A stretch of 64,000 nucleotides of DNA from Eledone cirrhosa (Eukaryota), in the NCBI GenBank assembly GCA_964016885.1, contig OZ024741.1, positions 290,842,001 through 290,906,000 of the forward strand, written 5' to 3'. Positions 27,062 to 42,269 of this stretch are shown in pieces. How positions within the stretch are numbered: position 1 is the stretch's first letter; each line of letters opens with the position of its first letter. A program made the position numbers and the translations under genes. The notes under the pieces are model-generated. The model was not told the origin of the DNA, did not search any database, and saw only the letters and a list, made by a program, of their open reading frames with translations.

Positions 27062-30000
27062 GATAGGTTTCGGCCAGTATTGGCCCAGGCCATGTCTAAC
27101 TTAATACCACCACCTGGCGAAGTCTTACAAATCAGTGTTTGCGCACCATGGCCCACTCGAGCACAGAGTTAATGTTTACGGAGGCATATCCGGGTGTAGG
27201 AGGCTTATCCGGGATTTCTTGAAGGAATTTATCCAAAGACTTCTTGAACTTGATGGGGTCTGTCTCTGCTTTGATGTGTTTTGGTGTAATGTTAAAGAAT
27301 GGAGGGCCAATTCAGGTGAAATAATTGTGCCGCATTGTTGTTATGTGATGCGAGTGGGATTTTTGTCGTGGGCGGATAGCATGGGACCCAAGCCTTGGGT
27401 GTACACTAAAGATGATGCCAACATCATTTGGGCTAAGCTGATGGAATATTTTCCACATCATACAGATAATGTAGCGCTCACGGTGACGTTGAAGAGAATA
27501 AAGTTTGAGCTTTTCTACTCGACCCCAATAGTCAAGGCCTGTCATGCCAACTATCTTTTTTGTAATTGACCTTTGGGGTGCTTCAACTTTCATGATACTT
27601 TGTTTCGTGTGGGGTGACCACAGTGGACAACAGTATTCAAGGTGGGGTCGGGCAAAAGTGGAGAAGAGAAGGACAACAGTGTGGATATCTCTCGACTGGA
27701 AAGTTCTGAGAATCCAGAACACATTCTGCAGGCCATATCAACTTTGCTGTTTATATGAGTGGCCCAGCTTATATTGTTGTCCACGATTACTCCCAGGTCT
27801 CTGATGGAAGCCACTAGAATTTCACCCGAAGGAAGAGAGTATGGTAGTTTCAGAGCATCCTTTTTTCCAAAGTCGATTAGTTCAAATTTATCCTCATTCA
27901 ACAGCATATTATTCATCTCTGCCCATTGGATAGCAGCCAGTAGGTCTGACTGAAGGCAAGTCCGGTCACCCACCTCGTTGATGACCCTTTGGAGCTTGGA
28001 ATCATCTGCGAAGATTCTGATGTTGCTGTGTTTGCTGATGTCAGTAATGTCATTAATGTAGATGATGAAAAGAAGTGAGCCGAACACAGTGCCTTGTGGG
28101 ACGCCACTGCTGACTTTGGCAGGACTTGATTTTACTCTTTCGACTACAACATGCTGGGTTCTGCTTGTCATGAAACATTTGATCCACTGTAGTAACCTTC
28201 CAGAGACACCAACATTGGATAGTTTTTTCAGTAGAATCTTATGATCAACCCTGTCGAAGGACTTGCTGAAATCAAGGTAGATGACATCACTGTTGGAGCC
28301 CTCTCCCAAGGCTCTCAAAACACCGTCAAAGTGATGCAGGAGCTGCGTTAGGCAGTCCCTTCCATTACGGAACCCATGTTGGTTGGAGTTCAGCAGGCTG
28401 TTGCTTTCGAGAAAGTGGGTTATTCGTGATCTCACCATCCTCTCAAATACCTTGATAATATGAGAGGTGAATGAGATCGGACAGTAGTTCACTGCAAGGG
28501 ACTTATTTCCCATTTTGAAGACTTGGACAACAGACTGGGACGAGAAAGTTTTCAGGAATATAGCCAGTGTCCAGTGAGTTCCTCCACACATTAGCAAGAG
28601 GAGTTGCAAGTTGGTGTCGACACACCTCCAGGACACAAGCAGGGAATCTGTCGGGGCCTACTGCTGAATTGTGTTTAATTTCGTTTATTGCCGATAAGAT
28701 ATCAGGGGCGCCAAACGTTATGTCTGATATAGTGTGTTGGGGGCTAATTTCACTGATACAGCCCATATCGGCCATATCAGGATTGCTGAAAACAGAGCAG
28801 TATTATTTCTGCAGTATCTCGTCCATGGTTTTGGCATTGTCCTGGAGTGTGCCATTTTCATCAACTAGGGGGCCAACAGTGGAGACGGTGACCTTGTGTT
28901 TTTTAGCGAATGAGAAGAACACTTTGGGGTTGAGTTTGATTTTCTCAATGGCCCACCTCTCTTCAGCTATTCTCTGGTTATTGATGATGGTCATCATGCA
29001 TTGCTGGAGGTTATATTTTTTTAACTCAAGCAGGGTGATAGCCATTGAATGTGTGTGTTGCTGTTGGCAGTATTTTAGTGCGTTAATTTTTTTGTTTGTT
29101 CTTTTTATTTTTCTGATAATTGTTTTTTCACTCGGTTTTGTTCACAGGTTTTGGTGGGGTGTGTTTTGTACATATATTTGTGACAGTGTCTACAAAGATC
29201 TGCCAAGATGTTTTGATGTTGGTGGAAGTGTGTGCGTGTGTAAAAGACCAGTCGACATGTGATAGTTCGTTCATAATTGCATCCCAGTTGGCATTGGGGA
29301 GATCCATGTTATCACATGGGTGGGGTGGAGAGAGGGCCCTGGGATTAGCTTTCGGCTGGTGAAATCTCAGGTTACAAAGAACCATGTCATGGTCTGAGAG
29401 AAGGGTTTTTTCCACTGTAATATCATGTATAGTGTTAGTGTGGTTACTAAACACTAGATACAGAATGTTCTTCTGATGCCTCGTTGGTGCAAGGACAAGT
29501 TGGGACAAGAAAAACTCATTCATGAAGTCAAGAAGTGACTCGACAGCCTCTTTGTCAGTGGTTGAGGCTGTGGAGCCTGGTTTCAAACTACATGTAGACC
29601 AATCGACACAGGGTAGATTAAAGTCTCCCATCAAAAGTATGTTGCTAGAATGGCACTGTTTAATAAAGCATTTAATACTGTTGAGGCATTCTTTGAAACA
29701 GATTATGGGTGTTTACGATGGCCTATAGAGCGCAACTAATGTCAGGTCATTGGCTTTATTGTGCACAGTGACTGATTCACAGTATCCATTAGAGAATGTT
29801 GTGTTGACATCTGCCGTAAAGGAATCATGCAGGAAAATGGCAGTTCCACCCTTCCTTCTGCCAACACGATCCGCGCGGATGGTTGTGAAATTTCTCACTC
29901 TTACTTCGGCCTCCAGGTGGGAGTTGTCAAGGTGGGTCTCAGTAAGAATGAAGAAGGGGATGTGAAATGGATGGTTACCAACCCAATCCTCAATGAACTG

Positions 30001-30760
30001 GATCTTCCATTTCTGTGTATTGATCGATGGGCTGATACCTTGTGCATTGAGTAAGAATGTGAAGGCTAGTGTGGTGGCTGGATTTGACTGTTGCAGGGGG
30101 CTTGTTTTGTGATTGTGTGTTAGTGACATCAAGGTTGGTGTTGGGTGATGGCTAAAATGTTTTTCTCTATCTCTTTTGCCAGGTTTATGGCTAAAAAAGA
30201 AAGATTTTTTTTTTGTTCAGGGAGTAGTTTTTGATTGGATTTGTGGTTACAACATTGGATAGGGTTGCAGTTCCCTCTTTTGTTGTTATTGTTGTATTTG
30301 TTGTAATTGTGTCTTTGTGAAAAGACTGGAGCAGCGTTATTTTTGTTGTTGTTGTGATCGTGTCTTTGTGACAAGACTGGAGCAGCATTACTTTTGTTGT
30401 TTTTGTTGTTGTAATCATGTCTTTGTGAGGAGACTGGAGTAGCATTACCGCAGCAGGGGGTCGCTTTATTGTGGTTTGTGGGTTGGCATGAAGCCCCTTT
30501 TCTGTTCGTGCGTTGTGTCCCAGGAAGATGAGGGAAGGGACAGTCAGTCAGAAGACATAGCCTCTCACGTTGGGAATGTTGGCAGGCCCCGGGGCGAAGC
30601 AAGTCGCTCCGAGTAATTTCATTTACCGAAAGAAGGGGAAATTTGTTTTTCCAAGCACTCAAGGGAGGCTTATGCACCAGGGCGCCGGGCGCGTAGGCAG
30701 CAAAACCACCACACCAGTCGGATCATCGTGTGTAATCAATTATAAAACCCGATGAAAAGC
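27062..30760 (-). mobile_element. Near full-length CR1/L2-group LINE (upstream ORF remnant, APE endonuclease, RT), disrupted
   Basis: APE: LLNAQGI, LTETHL, RADRVGRRKGGTAIFL, MGDFNLP, SDH. RT: QHGFRNGRDCLTQLL, YLDFSKSFDRVDH, SGVPQGTV, IFADDSK. C-terminus: RPHLEYCCPLWSP. Confidence 0.92.
27312..30132 (-). pseudogene. LINE ORF2 (APE + RT) split by frameshifts and stops
   Basis: ORFs 29713-30132, 29128-29634, 28803-29045, 28503-28775, 27590-28636 and 27312-27722 are consecutive parts of one protein. Confidence 0.92.
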
Positions 30761-31831
30761 GCAAATAGACTATATCTAGGTCCCCAGATAGTCCGGGTTA
30801 TAAGTACTGTGATTCTCAGGGGGAGATATTCTAGTGTCGTGTGCTAATGAGTACAATGATAAGTACTTAATGAGAGTAAAGTGAGTAAAAACCTAAATAA
30901 AAGGAACAGTAGGCAAAAACCAAGAATACATAGATAAATAAAAGCAGAATACGAAGATAAAAACTCATTAATAAAGTAAAAAGGTAGAAATTTATAAATA
31001 AATAAATAAATGAAAAAAATACATAAACAAATAAATAAAACGCCGTCATAGCTAGAGTGGTGGTGAAGTAAAACGGAAGTATATAAGAACATATCGGAGA
31101 AATCAAAACACAGGGGAAAGACAATATAGATCAAGTTTCAGTTAGAAAATGCATATAGATATAGAGGATGGAAGAGATGGAATCAGTGTGTGTTCGAGCC
31201 TCAGAATTCTGTGTGAATTACAAAGGCCCTGAAGTATAAGGTAGATAATTCAGTTAATACAGTACAGTACAATACAGGTTATGGTATAATCCGTAGAATT
31301 TTGTCGAAGTCTGAATACCGACAGGGATGTAGCATTTGACCAGGTGGGCGGTAGACCAGAGCGCAGAGTAGCCAAAATCCGAATGGTGAGTAGATCAAGT
31401 CAGTCCCATGCCGCTGTTCATTATTACAGCTGGAAGTGCGCAACACTTATTTAGGTTTGAAGGTTCACCACTGGATAGAGCTGGTAATTCCGTATTGTCA
31501 ATCTTGATGTAATAATATGGAGAGTACTCAACGTAAAGCAGCTCAACGTCTTCGTTTGTGTAGTTGGTGGTGCGAGTACGGAGTTAAATATTATAATAAA
31601 ATAACAGGCGGCTGGACTTGTGTAAATATATATATATATATATATATATATTTAATACATTAACAGAGAAAGCTTTAAGCAATACTCCGACTGGCTTCCG
31701 TCTCACTCAACAAACATTAGGATATACCTTAGTATAATCCCAATTATACGTTTGAGGTGCTAACTATACGTATTATGCGGATAGCCAGTTGTATTATTTT
31801 ATATGAGACATAATTAAAATACATCTCTCTT

Positions 31832-31953
31832 TCCAAACGATCGTTTCATTATAAGTTTTCTACAAATTGGGAAAATAATGTCCAGGTAATGTAGAAGCCT
31901 ACACATAGTCCGTAGGAATATATGTAGGTGGGCACTTATAAATCATCAGCGGA
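31832..31953 (-). ncRNA. Type I hammerhead ribozyme with a long stem II insert
   Basis: rc: TCCG-CTGATGA-T TTATAAG...(~80 nt)...CTTATAA T-GAAAC gatc GTT-TGGA. Confidence 0.65.
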
Positions 31954-31995
31954 TGCCCAACAATATCGATATATATATAGAGAGAGAGAGAATGA

Positions 31996-32156
31996 AATCG
32001 ACCCCAGTGCGTGACTGGTACTTTACTTTATCGACCCCGTAAGGATGAAAGGCAAAGTTAACCTCGGCGGGATTTGAACTCAGATCATAAAAGGCCGTAA
32101 CTCTATGCGACAAAGCATGGCGTCCGACCCTCTACCGATACTGCCAATCCACCGCT
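31996..32156 (-). mobile_element. tRNA-derived SINE
   Basis: Reverse complement of the family consensus. Confidence 0.85.
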
Positions 32157-33153
32157 CTATCGACAATTATAATGATCATTTCTTCGTCGGGGCACCTACG
32201 TTTCAAATTTCAAAGATTTTATTATTTCTTTGTTGAGGGTGAGGAACAACCAGAATTGATAGTGCAACATATATGTTTTGCAGCATTTGTTCCGGTTTTT
32301 TATATTCTGACTTCGAGTCCCACTAGGGTAAAATTAACCTTTCATCCTATTTTCAATAAGCAGTCATGGGCAACCTGCAGACCGCGAAGCTTTCTGAATG
32401 GGTCACCTAAGTCAACTAAGTGAAATCTTTTCAGTCGTAATTTATTTTTCTATCATTTTTACGATCGAAGAAAACAACGTGTACGAATTTTGAAGAAACA
32501 AATCAAAACTACCTGAGTTACCACCCTTCTTTTTAATGTGGACACGAATGTAAATCAGCGCTTGCTGCCCGCCTGATGATGAGACATATCTCATGCGGCC
32601 AGATTCTCGAATAAGGTTGCCCATGCGTGAAATAATATACCAGTAAAATACTAGGGCGATGCAATTGCCTTCTACTGACTGCAAAACAGCTGGCTTTCTA
32701 CCTAAATTAGAAACGACTATCTATTTTGTCTACCAACATTATATTTTTAAAATCATTATCTGGCGTGCAAATTCCTATTTTGATTTAATTTCTATTTATG
32801 TTTTGGTTGGTTGTTACAATGAATTATTTGAATAAAAGCTCTTTAAATTGAAATATATGACAGAAAAGAAAAAAATAAGAGATAATAATACATGCATACA
32901 TAGAAACATAGACGATTACATAGATGCATATACGCATATACACACAGAGTGACGTATATATATATTTAGATATATATTTATATACATTCGTCAGTGTGTG
33001 TGCATATATATATATATATATATATACGCACACACACACCCACACATATAAATACATATGCATACACACTCATACACACACACATATCTATATATATATA
33101 TATTTATATATATATATATATAAATATATATATATACATATACATGTATAAAA

Positions 33154-33273
<120 letters not shown>

Positions 33274-33764
33274 CATATATATTTATACATATATATATAT
33301 ACATATGTATATATATACACACATATATGCACCCAGACATATAAATACATACACACATATATACACGTATAAAAATACATACATACACACAAATATATAA
33401 CCATATATATATATAACCTACATAACATGCGTATATACATACCTACCAAAGAAACACAGATACACACACACACACACACATACATGCACACACACACACA
33501 TATATAATACCATACTATGCCTCGTTAAGTAAAAGAAATGCCTTTGGAAATTTTATAACATAATTATAGGTGAGGTTCTTATAAAAAGAACCAGGACTTG
33601 TTTGTAACAGTATATAGTATATGATGTATATATATATTATTGTGTTATATATATATAAATATATATATGAGTGTGTGTATGTGCGTGTGTGTGTGTGTGT
33701 GCGTTTCTGTCTGTGTATACATATACAAATATATAGACATATTATGTATATACAATTATATATA

Positions 33765-33850
<86 letters not shown>

Positions 33851-33856
33851 TATTTA

Positions 33857-33889
<33 letters not shown>

Positions 33890-34065
33890 GTATGTATGTA
33901 TATATGTATGTATGTATGTGTGTGTCTGTGTGTGTGTCTATGTATACATATACTCAACACACATACATACATACATGAACACGCACATGTACACATATGT
34001 GTATGTACAATTAATTACACATATATATGTATGTATTTATAAATGTATGTATGTATGTATGTAGG

Positions 34066-34177
34066 TGCTACTGGTAACATGTATCCCAGTACAACCTGTC
34101 TCTCAGCGCATCGGTAGGGGTTCTCCTACATGGATATAAAGTAGTGGCCGTACTCGAAAACGAGTTGGCAGCCACCA
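34066..34177 (+). mobile_element. Tiny bipartite RTE-derived element (5' end joined to 3' end)
   Basis: CTGGTAACATGTATCCCAGTAC matches the rc of ~62165-62186 and is joined to sequence matching the rc of 61605-61680. Confidence 0.65.
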
Positions 34178-34699
34178 TGTATGTATGTATATTGTATGTA
34201 TGTTTGTATGTATGTATATATGTATGTTCTTCTGGTTCTATAATTTCACAGTGTTACCAATAGAGAGAGAGTCGGTTTCTAACATAGATACAAGACCCTC
34301 TCATTGGAATTTACACATCAACTAGGTAGATATGTATGCATGCATGTGTAGATATGGATGTTATTGTATGTGTGGATGTGGATATTTTGAGTTGTATGTG
34401 TGCATGTGTATATGCTTTGTATCTGTACATGTGTATATGCAGTTATTACATGCAAAATTTTTAGAATGTTTTACATATTTTTACTGTTCCATTAATGGAT
34501 TGTACTTGTATGCATGTATGTGTGTATGTTTGTATTAATGAATGTGTTTGTGCGCGCCCACATATGAAAGGTACTAAGATGGTTATAAAGCCCCATCTCC
34601 ACTAGGCCAGTGGACATCATTCATAACCTGTACCCAGACACAGTCCCGCCTTATCTCGATCCTATGATCAAGAGTATGTAGACGATTTAACCAGCAATA

Positions 34700-35950
34700 C
34701 CACACAACCTCAAACACCATTGTCGTGGTTGACGTTTTGTGATTTTGGTAGTAATGATGGGATTAGAGGTGTGGTGAATATTGTAGTGTCGATATGCATA
34801 GTATTGTGAGGGCTTGTCGTGGTGATGGTTGCGGTGGTGTTGAGGGCAAACATTGTGGTTGTTGTGATGCTTGTAGTGGTGGCAGCCCTAATGTTGTTGG
34901 TGGAGCATGGGTTCCTCATAGTTGTTGTGGTGGTTGTGGGGTTGTTGTTAGTGATAATGTGGACGATAGACGTGGTGAATGTGATGGTGTGTATTTACAT
35001 GGAATTGTAAGGGCCTGTCATGGCGGTGTTTCCTGTCGGGGTGAGGGTCAATATTGTGGTTGTTGTGATGGTTATATTTGTGCTAATCGTAATGGAGGTG
35101 AGTGGCGTGGATTAGTCTGAGTTTGGTGGTGTTGTTGTTGCTGTTCCTGGTGGTAGATGGGGGAGTCTTACCACAGTTGTAATGGTGGTCGTGGCCAAGT
35201 TTGATATGCCGATTAAGGTGTTGGTTAAATCTGTGCTGTCTGTAACAACGGACATGGTGATTTTAGTATTGATGGAGGTATTGCTGCAGCTGAGGTTGAT
35301 GGTTTTGATGGTTTCTTTTGATGGTGTTTCTTTTGATGGTATTGATGATGTTGACGCTGTTAGTATTGATGACGATGTTGGTGAATGTAATGATGGTGGT
35401 CTTGTTCACTGAGATATTGCTGATCATGGTGGTGAGGCGTTAAAGGTGATGGCGGTGATAATGATAGTGGTAATGCTGGTGGGGATTATGATGGTGTTAT
35501 GTGGTGACGGCTGTGTTTCTGGTAATATTGCTGAGGATGGTGGTGAAGGTAGGTTTTTGATGGTGATGATGGCGATGATTGTTGGTAATACAGGAGGTGA
35601 TTCAGGTAGTGTTGGTGGGGATGATAGTGGTGTTGTTTGTGGTGGTGGTGGTGGTGTTGCTGCTACTGATGCAGCGATTGCTGATATTGGCAAATATGCT
35701 AATATTTTCAACGTGGCAGGATAGCATTTACCAATTGTCTTTAGCAGGTCGAACAATTGCACACAAGCTCCATCTTTTGCTGCTGTTAATTATTATTTTT
35801 GTGATGATGATGTCGGTGTAAATGGTAGTAATTGTGCAATTCCGGATGTCCTCCGTAGTGGTGATGGTGCTGCTGGTGTGATTGATGTTGCTAGCTGTGG
35901 AGTTCATATTGTCGATGGTGGTGAAGGTGGAGGTGGTTTGATTATTGCCA
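34700..35950. repeat. Degenerate (GGT/GAT/GTT)n low-complexity tract
   Basis: Strong G/T strand skew, and the ORFs here are compositional only. Confidence 0.7.
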
Positions 35951-36117
35951 GGACGTTACTGCTACAATATTTCATCGACTCAGTAAGCATGAAAGGCAAA
36001 AAGTAAGTTCAGTGGGATTTGAATTCAGAACTTAAATGGACGTAAATATATGCCACAAGTAATGTTAAACAATAAGAACCTAGAGGACGGCACCTACACA
36101 TTGTAAATATTTACATA

Positions 36118-36744
36118 CTAGCCGAATTGCCCGCGTCTTGCTGCGTTTCACACACATTTTTTTTTTTTTGTAAGAAAATGATGATTAAATCAGTGATATA
36201 ATTTATGGAGAAAAACTCTGCATTTCAATATTCCTCAATGGTAAATGTAATGCATGAAAAATTGGAAAAAATTATTTTTTGTAATATATCAAATCAAAAT
36301 TACGTTATTAAATCTTATTCTTATTTATTTCTTGCAAATAATTTTTTTCAAAATATCAATTCAAAACTTTTGTGGATAGGCATCATATCTTGTCATTTAC
36401 CTATCGTTTAAATTTCATATAAATTGAAGGCAAACAATTTTCAGCGGGCGTTTGTGCTTCCGGGGAAACCTAATAGTGGGTTTAACCCCTATTAGGTTGT
36501 CTTAATATTATTGAAATTTGCTGAAATTTTGTGAATAGGCATCATATCTTGTCATTTACCTATAGTTTAAATTTCAGCAGGGGTTTTGTGCCCCCGGTAA
36601 ACCCTTTGATTAAAATGAAATATACTTATCCAAGTACCCTGGGCAATGTAGTTTCAGAATATATATGGTTATGGGGGTTTCCAAAACCATAGGAGTAGTT
36701 CATGAACAAACAAACAGACAGGAATACAACTTCATATATATAGA
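36118..36744 (-). mobile_element. Non-autonomous Helitron-like element
   Basis: Minus-strand 3' GC hairpin plus CTAG, 5' TCTATATATATGAAG, and an internal duplication (36370-36420 / 36530-36576). Confidence 0.65.
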
Positions 36745-37099
36745 TGTTTGAGACAGAGGTTTCGAATATTGTTGATGTTATTATTTTTGTTGTTCCTCTT
36801 ATTAATGCGGTTATTGTATTCATGATGTTGAGTACGAAACGAGAACTGACGACACAGCAATCATTTTGTTTTCATTTGAAGTTAGTAGACAGTGATTTGA
36901 ATGACTTGGATGCTATTTTCTACGCAGTTACACGCTTATACATACACGGTTTACTGACCTTGGAGTTAAAACCTCCCTACTGTAAACTATAAATTTCGCC
37001 ATTTACACATCAATTCAGAGAGCTCCAGTCGCAATGCTGTCGATTCGCTCGTCTCTTTTTCTCTCCACACGTAATTCAAGTAATTCTAAGATACAACTT

Positions 37100-39700
37100 T
37101 GTCTCGACCTGAGTATTTCGTTCATGGCATACGTATTTATAAAATATTTATCTGCTTACATGTTACATTCATGAGTAGGAATTCAGTTAGTTAACAAAGT
37201 GAATGATAATCATCGAGGACTACTGAAGACCCACCATATTTTATTTTATCCTTATTTATGCCTTAACAGTTTTAGCTTCGTTCAATCCAACTTATTGGCA
37301 TGCTATGTCTAAACAGTGTTTTATCTTTAAGTATATTTTAGATATGTTCCTAAGCGTACTTTCATTAATTTGCTATCAGTGCTGTAGCTAAAATTTGTCA
37401 CAACTAGATTAATCCCTGTGTTTATCCAAAGGTGTTGCCACACACAAGGTATCTCGAGTAACATACGAATCCTTATACATTTTTGTTATGTTACTCTACG
37501 CAAGTTTAAAGCCTTCATGGAAAGAAGCTCACCAGACATAATATGATCTGGAGTTGTAGACATATTCTGTCACTACTTGATACTTGGATGCTCTTACTGG
37601 AGTCCGCTCTGATGTAGTTTCTTGGATGATAATTCATTCTTTCTTCAAGCGGTCGCTCTAGAGATTTCAGTCTTTTGTTGACGAAGCCATATAAAATAAG
37701 AGTGATGGTTTAAAACTGCCAAACATTACAACATTAGTGTAAAAGTGTAATAAATTGGTTTCTCTTGAAGAAGACGAGAATTTTAAGGTTTCGAGCAATG
37801 TAATTCGTCGGAGTAATTTTCGTAATCTACAGCGTAGTAGCCTTTTGTCAACAATACCTTTTGTCTGCATTCGTCAGCCGTGCCCTTCTTCTTCGGGCAA
37901 AAATAATCGACATTACCCTTCCAGGGTAATATTCATCGAAGTTCTTTTATTAGCACTACACTTTTTCGGGGGTATCGTTTCTCGGATATACTTTTTAGCG
38001 GTCTTCTCTAACGGCAGTACGCTTCGTCGTAGTAAACTTTATCAGCAGTATATTTCCTCGGCACTTTATAGTGGTTTTAATAATTGCTCCTAACGCATGT
38101 GCGATGATTATTCTCATCTGGTCGTGGTTTTGGGGGGTCGGTATGGCTCTGGACCACCCGCTCCATCTTTCCATGGTGGTCGTTTTGGCCATTGAGGTAA
38201 TGGTGAGAGGTCTGTCTCTTACAGGTTTACTAGGACAGAAACAGCTGAGGTTGTATTCATCTAGGTATTCTCTGTCACAGGTAAGTCTAGCGAGGAGGCC
38301 CAGTAACTTAGTGTCAACTCTTCGGAATATCACATAGTTCTCTCTGATAATTTCCACGCATTTCTCCACAGCAAAAGCAACGTTGATAGATGTGTATAAG
38401 GATACTACATCCATGTTGCTTATGTAGTTTTTCAGGTCGTGGGTTTGTTTGCACGTGTTGTTCCTGCGGGTCTTGTTGGTGGTGCTACCAGAGGATCGGT
38501 GGTTTTTTTATAATCCTTGCAGAGTTCTTAAAGCACTGGGATATCATTATTGAGGCTTTGAAATTGGTGGCTTTCTGGTTTCTTGGTCCTATGATGTCAG
38601 ACCACATCATTATATGAACGTTGAGGATTTCTTTCTCTCCTTATGTGCTTGCGGCGTTGTTTCACACATATTAGTGATGTGGGATTGCATTGCCTGGATA
38701 TAGTTTGGTAGGCTGTCTATTGATATTCTGCCAGACTTATCTGTAAGGAAATAGATGATCTCTCCATTTCTCGTGCGTTGTATGAGTTTATGTAGGCTTT
38801 CTGTGGATTTATTACCGAGTTGTGCCTCCGTCCGAATCTATCTCCTAGTCTATTATTCTAGAATCTGTCGGAATTTTGTCCTAGTTATGTTGAATTGTGC
38901 TTCTGTTTGGTTGTCTGTTTATAGAGGAATATGAACCAGCTTATTAAATGGAAAGTTAGAGTGGTAAATGCGTTTCATATCGTACATCTTGACACTCGGG
39001 TTGAAAAACATGTGCTTGTGTCTACGTCCCTTATGTCACTTGCTTTTTTTTTCAGTGTTACTGTGTGTGTGTTGTTGTTGCTATTATCATTAATTATTAT
39101 TCTTGCTGTTGTTACTGTTGTTGAGGTTGTTATTGTTATTATTATTATTATTATTACTGTCATTGTTGTTGTTGGTATTATCTGTGCGTATGTTGTTGCT
39201 AATGTATTTTCTGTTTGTCTCTGAATTCGGGTCTGTGTTGTCAGTTTATTTCATCTTTCTAAACCTTTCCCTGTGTTCGTTTCTGTCACTCTTTTTGTTG
39301 TTGTTATTGCTTTTGTTCGTCATACTATCGTTTGTATTGTTGTTCCCGATGTGATGTGAATTATTGTTGTTGTAGTTATTCATGTTGTTACTGCCGTTGC
39401 TGTTTGTGTTGTTTTCGTTTAAGTTCCATCGAACTTTTGTGAAGGTTTTTTTTCAATTTCTGACAAACATTTTATCTTATTGACCTTTCCGTATATCGCG
39501 AACTTGTGTCGTAGCTGGAGGATCATTTGTTCCTCTAGGTCGACTATTGTTTCTCCATAGATATTTGCCTCGTCTTTATTGAATTCTGTTGTGAGTGGGA
39601 TATCTGCTATGTATATACCCTCGAAATCCTTTGAGTATTTTTCCTCTCTTTTTGCATATGTTTTAGGCGTTGTTTATTTTCCAACCATGTTCATTTTTTT
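37100..39700 (-). mobile_element. Decayed Penelope-like element (RT remnant)
   Basis: MDVVSLYTSINV (RT motif) in ORF 37995-38414 and GEIIYFLTDKSGRISID upstream at ~38720-38770. Boundaries are approximate. Confidence 0.65.
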
Positions 39701-40134
39701 TATTTAAGTATTCATAACACTTTTGTCTTGTATATTTGCACGCGTGGTGTATAATGCCGGTAAATGCCGCTTGTTCCGATGGAATGGTAACGCATTCTAC
39801 CTCTTGTAGCAATATACAATTGTGTTTTTCCTGGTCGCTTAATTCTTTATAGATCCTCCTCTTTATGTTAAGCAGTATTGTTCGTTAACTTTTCAGCTTG
39901 TCCTTTTGAAAGATCCAGTTTTTCTACACTGGTATTAACCTTGTTGGTGTAGACATTGGAGGAGACACATTTCTTTATGAAGTGAAGTTGTTGGGCTGAT
40001 ATCTTTTGTTTTGTTGTTTTTTTTATCCAACAGAATATGGCTATTTTCAGAGTCTTGCAAGCCTGGCAGAGACTAACGCCGTTACATTTATGTAATTTTT
40101 CTGCACGATTCTTGATGTGAAATTGTGTGTTGAA

Positions 40135-40875
40135 ACCAAATGTTTTGCTGGCTTTTTCTTTTCTTAGCTCAATTTCGGAGTCCATTGAACCTTCTCTTGG
40201 GAGAGCACTACTAAGGTATACTAATGTATCAACAACCTTCAGATTCTGACTCACATCAAAGATGTTGGGCTGGAAAGTCTTTGATTTAGCCCTAAAGCGT
40301 GTCAAATTAAAAATCTTGCCCGTGGTCCTGAAACGCAGATACACACCGACACCGCAATTCTGGAACGCATACATGAGAGATACGAAAGAGAAGATAGAGA
40401 ACAGCGGTGTTCCTGAGATGTCCCCTTGCTTAACTCCAATGTCGACGGATATGAGGTCAGATAGAGAACCATTGAAGTTAAACTTCCTTTTATACCTCGA
40501 TGAAGCTGTTTGACCTATCTCACGAAACCCGGAGAGCATGCCACCTTACCGAGAATGATCCACAGGGCATCCCTATCCACGGGCTTTAGTGAGGTTAAAA
40601 AAACCTGGTACAAAGCTACACGATGTTCTAAACATTTCTCCTGTAGCTGGTGAGCCGAGAAGTTCATGTTTATTGTGCCCTGCTCGACGGAAAACCACAC
40701 AACGTCTCCGGAATCACTCGATGCTAAATCACTTGGTAAACTTATTAAGGAGTAGTTTTGCAAAAGTCTTTACCTACTATCTCAAAAGGCTTATGCCCCG
40801 ATATTTGCCACACACCGTCTTTGACCCCTTTCTTTTTAACTAGAAAACAAAGATCGTGTTTGGAGACATTCCGAC
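40135..40875 (-). mobile_element. RTE-clade LINE RT fragment
   Basis: QLQEKCLEH, GVKQGD..PLFSIF and GVYLRFRTTGKIFNLTRFRAKSK. Confidence 0.85.
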
Positions 40876-41178
40876 AAGCGGTTGATGAAAGACTCTCTTT
40901 TTGTAGAATTTAATGATTCTAAAGAATTCAATACAGAGGAATAAAATGCTACTTCCTACTTTATTTGAAAGGAACTCGTCTATATCAATTGAATAATGTA
41001 TTGAACCTTGGTTATTTAGTTATTCATTTTACATATATACATATACATATATATATATGGCAGGGTGCACTGGTAGCAACACAGTCCTGATTTTCGTACC
41101 TGGTGTAATGGGTGTGTTGATAGTTCTCTATTTACCAAATGGTTAAACTGTACCAAATGATCTCCTTCTTCTACAGCA

Positions 41179-41263
<85 letters not shown>

Positions 41264-41485
41264 CAGTCATTCTTTCTAACTATTTCTCTCGTTTTCCCCC
41301 CATCTCTCCCTTAATCCCTTTCTCTCTCACATGATATTCTTTTGTCTTTCTATGTATCTTATCTCGATACTTTCTTTTCTGTACCGATCTACCTATGTAC
41401 CTATCGTCACCTAAATAAAAACTAGTCTTTCTCTTTCCCTACCCGATTGTCTGTCTCTATTTGCACTAATTTCTCTCTCGCTATC

Positions 41486-41540
<55 letters not shown>

Positions 41541-41840
41541 GCATATGTATACATACATATATATATATGTATAATTTTGTATATGTCAGTGAACCGATAA
41601 ATGTCGTACATCTAACCAATTCATTCAATACAAAGGGGGGAAAGAACGCAGACAAAAATAAACTTTAAAAAGATTTTGAAAATAATATATTTTTCCAACA
41701 AATAAAGACAATGCTTAAAAGAGAGAGGGAGTTAGGTAGAAAAACAGAAAGAGAGAGACAGTGAGAGAAATATTGAACGGAACGAAGTTAAATAGGTACA
41801 CGTACACAAACATACCTGTGTGTGCATTTATGTATGTATG

Positions 41841-41900
<60 letters not shown>

Positions 41901-41906
41901 TATTTC

Positions 41907-41997
<91 letters not shown>

Positions 41998-42003
41998 TAT
42001 TTC

Positions 42004-42087
<84 letters not shown>

Positions 42088-42105
42088 TATATATATATAT
42101 TATAC

Positions 42106-42144
<39 letters not shown>

Positions 42145-42237
42145 ATATAAATATATATAGATATATTTTTATATTTTCGTTTGAAAGGAAGGGGAGAAGA
42201 GAGAGATAGATAGACAGATAGACAGATAGATAGATAG

Positions 42238-42269
<32 letters not shown>

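Noticed and set aside
32570-32645. CTGATGA...GAAAT..ATA hammerhead-like motif
   Set aside because: No stem I pairing between the flanks, and stem II does not close at the core.
34700-35950. Possible mucin-like or Cys/Gly-rich exon
   Set aside because: Short ORFs in all frames, simple-repeat composition and no sustained reading frame.
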